Shown one piece after another: positions 1 to 6,590 of a stretch of 64,000 bases of DNA. A program made the position numbers and the translations under genes. The stretch lies in NCBI GenBank assembly GCA_021202155.1, contig JAJQDP010000019.1, positions 51,084 to 115,083 of the forward strand, given 5' to 3'. Source of the DNA: Oscillospiraceae bacterium. Lineage in GTDB: Bacteria > Bacillota > Clostridia > Oscillospirales > Ruminococcaceae. Under the pieces are notes generated by a model, which did not search any database, was not told the DNA's origin, and saw only the letters and a program-made list of their open reading frames with translations. Within the stretch, counting starts at the first letter, position 1; each line of letters begins with the position of its first letter.

Positions 1-2
1 TG

Positions 3-575
3 CTCATTACTTCAACGCTCTCTGCGTTTGCATTCTCAAGACTGAACTTCCCAGGAAAAAATCTCGTCTTCTCAATATTCATGGCGACGCTCATGATTCC
101 CGGCGAAATGCTCATAATCACCAACTACCAGACGGTAAGTAATTTGGGCTGGATAGACTCCTACGCTTCAATGATTGTTCCTTACATTTCGAGCGTATTC
201 TACATCTATCTTTTAAGCCAGTTCTTTGAACAGGTTCCCAATGAGCTTTACCTCGCGGCAAAGGTTGATAAGTGCAGTGATTTCAAGTTCATGACAAAGA
301 TTATGGTTCCGATGAACAAGAGCTGTCTTGCATCCATCGCGATACTGAACTTCATCAGTTCGTGGAATGCATTCCTCTGGCCCTTGCTCGTCACCAACGA
401 CCCGAATATGCGTGTCCTTTCAATCGGGCTCGTAAGATTCCAGACCGAATCCGGCGCGGATTATCAGCTTACAATGGCGGCATCCTGCATGCTCGTAATG
501 CCTGTTGTAATCCTGTTCCTGATTCTACGTAAGTACGTTCTCGAGGGTGTAGCTTTCAGCGGCGTTAAAGGCTGA
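3..575 (+). CDS. carbohydrate ABC transporter permease, C-terminal part (5' end lies outside the window)
   Basis: The reading frame is open from base 3. The translation (LITSTLSAFAFSRLNFPGKNLVFSIF...MIPGEMLIITNYQ...AAKVDKCSDFKFMTKIMVPM...) has the EAA-loop and multi-TM pattern of MalG/UgpE-type binding-protein-dependent permeases. Confidence 0.85.
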   Translation, partial: LITSTLSAFAFSRLNFPGKNLVFSIFMATLMIPGEMLIITNYQTVSNLGWIDSYASMIVPYISSVFYIYLLSQFFEQVPNELYLAAKVDKCSDFKFMTKIMVPMNKSCLASIAILNFISSWNAFLWPLLVTNDPNMRVLSIGLVRFQTESGADYQLTMAASCMLVMPVVILFLILRKYVLEGVAFSGVKG

Positions 576-605
576 CGGCAATTCCTCGTCTACGATATAA
601 ACCGA

Positions 606-632
606 TGCACACGGAATCCTATACCGTGTGCA
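606..632 (+). other. intercistronic 9-bp stem-loop between the permease and binding-protein genes
   Basis: tgcacacgg-N9-ccgtgtgca is a perfect inverted repeat with no U-tract. It is probably an mRNA stabiliser or processing hairpin. Confidence 0.4.
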
Positions 633-665
633 GGAAAAAATCTTTAAGTTAGGAGAAAAAATCAC

Positions 666-1961
666 ATGAAAATGAAAAGAATTCTTTGCGTGCTTCTCTC
701 TGCTATGATGCTTCTCAGCGTCTTCACCGCTTGCGGTAGCACATCATCTGACGATGATAGCAGCGGCACCACCACTCCGACAGCTGATCAGATCATTGAC
801 AGTGCTGACATCGAGTCTTGCGAAATCGTCTTCTGGCACGCAATGTCGAACAAGCAGGAAGAAGCTCTCACCGCAATCACTGATGAATTCAACGCTACCA
901 ATGAGTGGGGAATCACTGTTACCCTTGTAAACCAAGGTGCATACACTGATCTTTCCACCAAGCTTACTGCAAGTGCGGCTTCCGATACTCTTCCGGATCT
1001 CTCGCAGGCTTACAACAACTATGTCACATCATATCTTGACAAGCTTGTTCACCTTGATGCTTATGTTGAGAGAGACTACGACGAGATGGACTATGAGGAC
1101 ATCCTTGAGTCCTATCGTGATGAGAACAGCGAGTTCGGCTTTATCAGTGGCGTTGCATTCAACAAGTCTACTTATCTCTATTTCTACAACAAGACCCTCT
1201 TTGAGCAGCTCGGACTTTCCGCTCCTGAGACCTGGGATGACCTTATCACCATCGGTGAGACTTTCCAGAGCGAGCTTGGAATGGTTTCCCTCGGTTATGA
1301 TGACCTTGCTGGTCTTATTGAAGCAACCCTTCTCCAGAACGGTGCTGAGTACATCAGCGAAGATGGTGCAGAGTTCGACACTGAAGAAGGTCTCGAGGCT
1401 ATCACTTACCTCATGGATCTCTACAACAACGGCTATGCTCGTCTCGTAGGTGAGGATCTTTACTTCTCCGGACCTCTTGGCAACTGCCTCGTTGGTGCTT
1501 ATGTTGGTTCTTCCACCGGTGTTTCCTACATCACCATGAACGAAGGCTATGAGCTCGGCGTTTCCACTCTTCCTGGCAACACCACCAACGCTGCCAACAC
1601 CGCTGGTACCAACGTCATGATGTTTACCACCGACCTTAACAAGCAGGCTGCAGCTTGGGAATATCTCAAGTTCCTTACCAACACTGAGAACACTGTTTAC
1701 TGGGCAATGCAGACCGGTTACATGCCTGTACGTACTTCTGGCTTCGAGTCTGAGGAGTATCAGGAATACATGGCAACCAGTGAAGCAGCTCAGGCTTGCT
1801 ACGCACAGCAGGATGCTTACTTCTCGTCTCTTAACTTTGACGGAAGCTATGATGTACGTAATGACATCGGCTCTAAGTTCGAGGAATTGGTTCTTGCAGG
1901 TGCAGATGGACAGACTGCTCTTGATGAGCTTGTCGCTCTTGTAAACGGCATTTTGCAGTAG
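666..1961 (+). CDS. extracellular solute-binding lipoprotein of a carbohydrate ABC transporter
   Basis: AGGAGA lies 9 nt upstream of the ATG. There is a lipoprotein signal (LLSVFTAC-GS) and a Ser/Thr/Asp linker. Length and sequence pattern fit family-1 sugar binding proteins. Confidence 0.85.
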   Translation: MKMKRILCVLLSAMMLLSVFTACGSTSSDDDSSGTTTPTADQIIDSADIESCEIVFWHAMSNKQEEALTAITDEFNATNEWGITVTLVNQGAYTDLSTKLTASAASDTLPDLSQAYNNYVTSYLDKLVHLDAYVERDYDEMDYEDILESYRDENSEFGFISGVAFNKSTYLYFYNKTLFEQLGLSAPETWDDLITIGETFQSELGMVSLGYDDLAGLIEATLLQNGAEYISEDGAEFDTEEGLEAITYLMDLYNNGYARLVGEDLYFSGPLGNCLVGAYVGSSTGVSYITMNEGYELGVSTLPGNTTNAANTAGTNVMMFTTDLNKQAAAWEYLKFLTNTENTVYWAMQTGYMPVRTSGFESEEYQEYMATSEAAQACYAQQDAYFSSLNFDGSYDVRNDIGSKFEELVLAGADGQTALDELVALVNGILQ

Positions 1962-1991
1962 TTTCTGTAATCGTCTACAGTAGTTAAAGAC

Positions 1992-2026
1992 AAAGGGACT
2001 TGCCGCAAAAGGTGAGTCCCTTTTCT
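1992..2026 (+). terminator. rho-independent terminator
   Basis: aaagggact-N14-agtcccttt is followed by a T-run. Confidence 0.7.
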
Positions 2027-2060
2027 AAAAGCGAATTTCAAAAAGAAAGATAATATACCT

Positions 2061-3395
2061 ATGACTAAGATAACATTTTATAAAGGATTAAATGTAATTG
2101 GCGGCACATTTATAAAAATTGAGACTGAGAAAGCTGTACTCATGTTTGACTTCGGCTTTACGGTTATGCGCGATATTGATGATAATGTCAAGCTGAGGAG
2201 TGGTCATATCCCTGAGGACTATGTAAGAATCGGTCGCCTTCCTGCCGCTGATGGAATTTATGAACCGGAGGTAGCCGAAAAAATCGGTTGTGTTCCTTAT
2301 GGCAAGACAGAAAAGCCACACTTCTTTATAATTTCCCATATGCATATCGACCATATGGGCGGTCTCGACATGCTCGACCCGGAAATTCCGGTTTATATGA
2401 GCATGGATTCTCTGAGACTATATCGTAAGCTCTGCGCTCAGGGCGAGTTTACTTATCGCGCTCATAAAAATTGCATCGGTATTCCTTATGGAGAGAATTT
2501 CACAGTGGGGGATATAAGAGTAAATGTCCTCCCGATTGACCACGACTGCACCGGTGCGACCGGCTTTATAATCGAAACTCCCGATGGCAAAATCGCCTAT
2601 ACCGGCGACTATCGTTTCCACGGTCTCAATCCCGAATTCACAGAGGGCTATGGTGAGACCTGCCACGATGCTGGAATTGATATAATGATAACTGAGGGCA
2701 CAACCGCAAGCTGGGATGAGTTCGACATGCTCACTCTTGAGAAGCCGGATGAACTGCCGAGAACAGAGTATAATCTTATCGATGAGGTTGATGAAATTCT
2801 TGGCAAATCTAAGAGCCTTGTAATCTTCAACCCCTATGAGAGAAACGTCGGAAGAATCCATAATCTCTATAAACTCTGCACTGAGCACGGCAGGAAGCTC
2901 GTCTTGGATAACGCTCAGGCTGACTACTTGGGCGAATTCTTCCCGGAGGACAGGCTTTATGTTTATGCCGAGACAGTAGGGAAGAGACCCGTTCCTGCTG
3001 GTGCTACCCTCGTTTCAAGAGACGATATACTTGCGAATCCCGCTGGCTACATGCTTCAGATGCCGTATAAATATTCCTATGAGCTTCTTGATATTGGAAG
3101 TGCGGCGGAGGTGTATCTCCACATGGACGGCTATCCTCTTGGAGACTACGACCCGTCCTACCCGAAGATGCAATCGCTTCTTGAAAAGGTGGGAATCCAG
3201 TATATCAAGCTTGGCTTGGGCGGTCACGCAATACCGTTCTATCTTAAGCACATGATAGATACCGTTTCGCCCAAGTGCCTTATACCAATCCACAGCCAGC
3301 GACCGGAAAACGTCAATTCCGAGAATATCGGATGCCGTATACTCCCTACAGAGGGGCAAACTATCTTTCTTGACAAAAAGGAGATTCACATCTAA
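2061..3395 (+). CDS. MBL-fold metallo-hydrolase (RNase J / beta-CASP-like)
   Basis: It has the HxHxDH motif (SHMHIDHMGG). TGDYRFHG and ITEGTTAS resemble the RNase J GDFKFD and SDSTNA motifs. Confidence 0.75.
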   Translation: MTKITFYKGLNVIGGTFIKIETEKAVLMFDFGFTVMRDIDDNVKLRSGHIPEDYVRIGRLPAADGIYEPEVAEKIGCVPYGKTEKPHFFIISHMHIDHMGGLDMLDPEIPVYMSMDSLRLYRKLCAQGEFTYRAHKNCIGIPYGENFTVGDIRVNVLPIDHDCTGATGFIIETPDGKIAYTGDYRFHGLNPEFTEGYGETCHDAGIDIMITEGTTASWDEFDMLTLEKPDELPRTEYNLIDEVDEILGKSKSLVIFNPYERNVGRIHNLYKLCTEHGRKLVLDNAQADYLGEFFPEDRLYVYAETVGKRPVPAGATLVSRDDILANPAGYMLQMPYKYSYELLDIGSAAEVYLHMDGYPLGDYDPSYPKMQSLLEKVGIQYIKLGLGGHAIPFYLKHMIDTVSPKCLIPIHSQRPENVNSENIGCRILPTEGQTIFLDKKEIHI

Positions 3396-4129
3396 TGCGA
3401 ATTTTAGTTACAAACGATGACGGAATAAATTCAATCGGACTTATCGAGCTTGCAAAAGCCGCAAGGGAATTGGGTGAGGTCTATGTTGTTGCACCTGCAA
3501 CCCAGTGCTCTGCCATGTCTCAGAGAATCAGCGTTTTTGGGGAGATTATCCTCAAGCACGAGACCGAATTCCCGGTTGAGGGCGTCAGTGCTTATTCCAT
3601 TACAGGAACACCTGCCGACTGCGTGAAGGTAGCCATAATGAACGTAATGCCGGAAGCTCCCGATGTGGTGTTCTCGGGAATCAATAATGGCTACAACGTC
3701 GGAATCGACATCATGTATTCCGGCACCATCGGAGCCACAAAAGAGGCCTTGGTCAGGGGAATTCCCGCGATCGCTTTCTCGAACACCATGAACGGCGATT
3801 TTGAGCTCATCCGCGAAAAGCTCGTGCCCATAGCTCGCGACCTTCTCAGCCGCCCGATTGAAAAGTATGAAATCTGGAACGTCAACTTCCCGGGCTGTGT
3901 TCCTTCCGAGTGCAAGGGCATTCTGGAGGACAGACGCCCCGAGGGCAAGTCCTACTACACCACTGAGTATGTTCCTTCTGAGAATCCCGACGGCACAATC
4001 ACCCTTACCGTCACCGGTGAGCCCTGCCTTGAAGCGGGAGAGGGAAGCGACACCCTTGCAGTCGTCAACAACTACATCTCCATCGGCAAGGTTCGCTCCG
4101 GCGTTCTCAAGGACGGCGTTTTTGAATGA
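3395..4129 (+). CDS. surE: 5'/3'-nucleotidase SurE
   Basis: The N-terminus MRILVTNDDGINSIGL and the GINNGYN and YSGTIGA motifs are typical SurE signatures. The start overlaps the upstream stop by 1 nt. Confidence 0.92.
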   Translation: MRILVTNDDGINSIGLIELAKAARELGEVYVVAPATQCSAMSQRISVFGEIILKHETEFPVEGVSAYSITGTPADCVKVAIMNVMPEAPDVVFSGINNGYNVGIDIMYSGTIGATKEALVRGIPAIAFSNTMNGDFELIREKLVPIARDLLSRPIEKYEIWNVNFPGCVPSECKGILEDRRPEGKSYYTTEYVPSENPDGTITLTVTGEPCLEAGEGSDTLAVVNNYISIGKVRSGVLKDGVFE

Positions 4130-4662
4130 CAACACTTTTGCATATCTGCTGTGCGCCCTGCTCGCTCATGTGTATAGAAACTCTGCGCGAAGAGGGAATC
4201 GACGTTACCGGCTTCTGGTATAACCCGAACATTCACCCGTACACTGAGTACAAGGCTCGCCGCGATACGCTGATTCTCCACGCCCAGAACGTCAATATGC
4301 CTCTTGTGACGGTTGACGACTATGGTCTGAGAGAGTTCGTCCGCCTCGTCTATCCCGACTTGGAGGACAGGTGCGAGAAGTGCTATGACATCCGCCTTGA
4401 CCGTGCCGCTAAATATGCTTCCGAGAATGATTTCGACAGCTTTTCAACCTCCCTCCTCATCAGTCACTATCAGAAGCACGACCTCATCCGCGAGGTAGCC
4501 GAAAGGAAAGCCAAAAAATACAACGTCGCTTTCCTCTACCGCGACTTCCGCCCATATTTCCGCGAAGGTCAGAAACGCGCCCGCGAAGCCGGCTACTACA
4601 TGCAAAAGTACTGCGGCTGTATCTTCAGCGAAGAAGAACGCTACCTCAGCAAGAAGAAATAA
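4126..4662 (+). CDS. queH: epoxyqueuosine reductase QueH (DUF208)
   Basis: LLHICCAPCS at the N-terminus and CGCIFSEEER near the C-terminus are the conserved Cys motifs of DUF208/QueH. The start forms an ATGA overlap with surE. Confidence 0.85.
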   Translation: MTTLLHICCAPCSLMCIETLREEGIDVTGFWYNPNIHPYTEYKARRDTLILHAQNVNMPLVTVDDYGLREFVRLVYPDLEDRCEKCYDIRLDRAAKYASENDFDSFSTSLLISHYQKHDLIREVAERKAKKYNVAFLYRDFRPYFREGQKRAREAGYYMQKYCGCIFSEEERYLSKKK

Positions 4663-4666
4663 GAAG

Positions 4667-4691
4667 AGCCCGATTAATTTCGGGCTTTTTC
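4667..4691 (+). terminator. rho-independent terminator
   Basis: agcccga-ttaatt-tcgggct is followed by ttttt. Confidence 0.8.
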
Positions 4692-4705
4692 GATGCTAAA
4701 TTATA

Positions 4706-4746
4706 ACTTGCACGTTTGGAAAGTTTACTTGCACGATCGGAAAGTT
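4706..4746 (+). repeat. two tandem 20-nt direct repeats (ACTTGCACGnnnGGAAAGTT), 21-nt period, abutting a promoter
   Basis: acttgcacgtttggaaagtt (4706-4725) and acttgcacgatcggaaagtt (4727-4746) match at 17 of 20 positions. A third partial copy (acttgaca) overlaps the -35 box. Confidence 0.7.
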
Positions 4747-4752
4747 CTAAAC

Positions 4753-4781
4753 TTGACAAAAAGTGTGAAATGTGATATAAT
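4753..4781 (+). promoter_or_regulatory. sigma-A-type promoter of the XRE/TPR regulator gene
   Basis: TTGACA, a 17-nt spacer and TATAAT, with an extended -10 TG (tgTGaTATAAT). Confidence 0.65.
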
Positions 4782-4816
4782 AACTTTGTGCTTTAATCGA
4801 TTGGGGAGGTGGAGTT

Positions 4817-5728
4817 ATGGATAAAAAGACAATAGGAAAGATCATCAGCACACAGCGCGCCAAGAAAGGAATGTCGCTGACCGAACTGAGTAGTGGAATT
4901 TGCAACAAGTCCACACTTATGAGAATAGAAGCCGGAGAAGTGAATACCAGCACAGATACTCTATCCGGTCTTCTCGAAAGGCTCGGAATTCACGTGGATT
5001 TTGATGAAGCCAGCAATTTTGACGACATTCTCGTAAGGCAGATAATAAGGAGTGCAAATCAAGCTGACGTAACTGGCAACCGTACTGAGGCTCTTGAGCT
5101 TCTTAACACAATCGCTTCTGATTACGACAGCTTTTCATTGCAAAACAAACAGAGGTACGATGTCATAAACATCATGTTGCTTCATGAGGATAGAAAAATA
5201 ACCGATCAAACCAGACTCCATTACCTTGAGAAATCGATGAGATTGACACAGCCTAAATATAGTCTTGAAAATCTGCCACTTGTTATGACCGATATGGAAG
5301 CGCAGATACTTAGGTATATAGCGGCAACATATGGCATTATGGGAAATTATGATACTGCAATAGTAATCTACTATCATCTAAGAAACTACATTAAGCAAGA
5401 TGTAGACAAAATAGATTCTTCCAAAAAATTAGTGAATGTCTGCTATAATCTCTCTAAATGCCTTGGTCAGTCTGGCAGATACTCTGAAGGCGTAGAAATT
5501 GCAAAAGAAGGTATTGATGCGTGTCGGTTTACAAACAACGTATATATGCTTCCGCTATGTATGTACAATTATGCTTGGTCTCTTGCTTATAGGGATGAAG
5601 CCGGTGATTGGGACGAAGCAAGAAAATTAATGACTGAAATTTCAGCTTACTGTACCCCTATGACGAGAGATATTGATGCGCTAAAGAAGAACATTCGTGA
5701 GTTGAAAATAAAACTCGGCATTCAATAA
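4817..5728 (+). CDS. XRE-family HTH transcriptional regulator with a C-terminal TPR-like helical repeat domain (RNPP-like architecture)
   Basis: GGAGGTGGAG RBS. The N-terminal HTH is GKIISTQRAKKGMSLTELSSGICNKSTLMRIEAGE. About 230 aa of helical repeats follow (YNLSKCLGQSGRYSEGVEIAKEGI..., YNYAWSLAY). Codon usage is AT-rich. Confidence 0.8.
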   Translation: MDKKTIGKIISTQRAKKGMSLTELSSGICNKSTLMRIEAGEVNTSTDTLSGLLERLGIHVDFDEASNFDDILVRQIIRSANQADVTGNRTEALELLNTIASDYDSFSLQNKQRYDVINIMLLHEDRKITDQTRLHYLEKSMRLTQPKYSLENLPLVMTDMEAQILRYIAATYGIMGNYDTAIVIYYHLRNYIKQDVDKIDSSKKLVNVCYNLSKCLGQSGRYSEGVEIAKEGIDACRFTNNVYMLPLCMYNYAWSLAYRDEAGDWDEARKLMTEISAYCTPMTRDIDALKKNIRELKIKLGIQ

Positions 5729-5928
5729 TCTTCATCCATAATGTCTTCTATCGGAAGGTCACAATTCGGCGAACATTCCGGTTCTTTCTCCTCATCCTTG
5801 CGCTCGGTAATTTCCGTATTGTTTTCTGGTGGCAATTCCGGAGTGACGGTGATTTCGGTTGCGACCATTGATGCTGTCATAACGAGTGCCAATAGAATTG
5901 CTAAAATACTGTTTAATGCTTTTTTCAT
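5722..5928 (-). CDS. 68-aa secreted acidic pre-peptide, candidate signalling-peptide precursor
   Basis: AAAGAGG RBS 8 nt upstream. Sec-type signal MKKALNSILAILLALVMTASMVA. The mature part is acidic and Pro-rich, ending CSPNCDLPIEDIMDEDY. It has its own promoter. The 3' end overlaps the regulator's stop by 7 nt. Confidence 0.6.
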   Translation of the reverse strand: MKKALNSILAILLALVMTASMVATEITVTPELPPENNTEITERKDEEKEPECSPNCDLPIEDIMDEDY

Positions 5929-5981
5929 GAGAATAACCTCTTTCGATATAGTATTTCGTGCCTCTAAACACGATCATATTT

Positions 5982-6010
5982 ACTATATCATATTGGAGCA
6001 AATTTGTCCA
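5982..6010 (-). promoter_or_regulatory. promoter of the 68-aa pre-peptide gene
   Basis: On the minus strand: TGGACA, a 17-nt spacer and TATAGT, about 50 nt upstream of the RBS. Confidence 0.5.
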
Positions 6011-6020
6011 CCTTTTGACC

Positions 6021-6037
6021 GTTGCACGCCATGCAAC
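6021..6037. promoter_or_regulatory. perfect palindrome GTTGCA-N5-TGCAAC, candidate operator between divergent promoters
   Basis: Read directly from the sequence. It is nested inside an outer 7-bp inverted repeat, ccttttg (6011-6017) and caaaagg (6050-6056). Confidence 0.45.
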
Positions 6038-6168
6038 GCTCTCGGTTGACAAAAGGTAAAAAATTTGCTACCCTGTTCTTACAGCCACTTGTCGAGACAT
6101 TCTGCTATCGGCGCGCAATTAGCGGGATGGGTCGCGGGGCTGAAAAAATCTTATTAGGAGGTATTATC

Positions 6169-6486
6169 ATGAAAAAGGTAATATCAATAATGTTAGCAGT
6201 TGTTTTGGCTTTGAGCGTTATGTGTTCGTTCTCGTTTGCGGCTGAGGTGCCGGAAGAGGAAAGCGACGATTTGATGGTATCTGTGACCCTTTGCGAAAAT
6301 TGTTTCTCGTCTAATGTTACTATTATTGACTATCAGAGAGAAGTTTGGGATCGTACTGAAATCGTCGTTAATTCTGACCTCACAGCCACAGTATATCAGG
6401 TTTACAAGCTTTACAGAGACCTTTATTGTAATGATTGTGGAAAGTATTTTTCGCTGTATCTTGGTGAAAAGTATGTAGAGGATTGA
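6169..6486 (+). CDS. small secreted protein with CxxC...CxxC motifs (hypothetical)
   Basis: An internal ATG of the track ORF is preceded by TTAGGAGG. Signal peptide MKKVISIMLAVVLALSVMCSFSFA. The mature part has LCENCF and YCNDCGKYF. Confidence 0.65.
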   Translation: MKKVISIMLAVVLALSVMCSFSFAAEVPEEESDDLMVSVTLCENCFSSNVTIIDYQREVWDRTEIVVNSDLTATVYQVYKLYRDLYCNDCGKYFSLYLGEKYVED

Positions 6487-6497
6487 GCGAATAGTAG

Positions 6498-6590
6498 CCC
6501 TTGCAATGCGAGGGAAATTGAGTTTATAATGTCGTACTTAAGGAGAAATAAAATATGAATAAGAATATAATTTCCCTCGCGTTGCAAGGG
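6498..6590 (+). promoter_or_regulatory. 22-bp inverted repeat (one mismatch) bracketing the RBS and start codon of the first FtsX permease gene
   Basis: Arm 1 is cccttgcaatgcgagggaaatt (6498-6519). Arm 2 is aatttccctcgcgttgcaaggg (6569-6590, inside codons 5-12). The 49-nt loop holds AAGGAG and the ATG at 6555. Confidence 0.6.

Noticed and set aside
3431-4135. 234-aa antisense ORF opposite surE, and similar long antisense ORFs at 25867..26652, 29284..29766, 2418..2888, 33461..33925 and 59729..60274
   Set aside because: Each lies fully inside and opposite a gene with strong family motifs (SurE, GH26, the beta-helix lipoprotein, the MBL hydrolase, CE2, DnaK). They lack SD sequences and have Arg/Ser/Gly-biased, motif-free translations typical of shadow ORFs.
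6022-6168. N-terminal extensions of track ORFs (6022, 13097, 15551, 25795, 29989, 31921 minus, 31923, 46086 minus, 47245, 56720 minus)
   Set aside because: In each case an internal ATG, GTG or TTG has a proper SD 6-9 nt upstream and begins a signal peptide or a conserved family N-terminus. The extension runs through promoters, terminators, riboswitches or the preceding gene.
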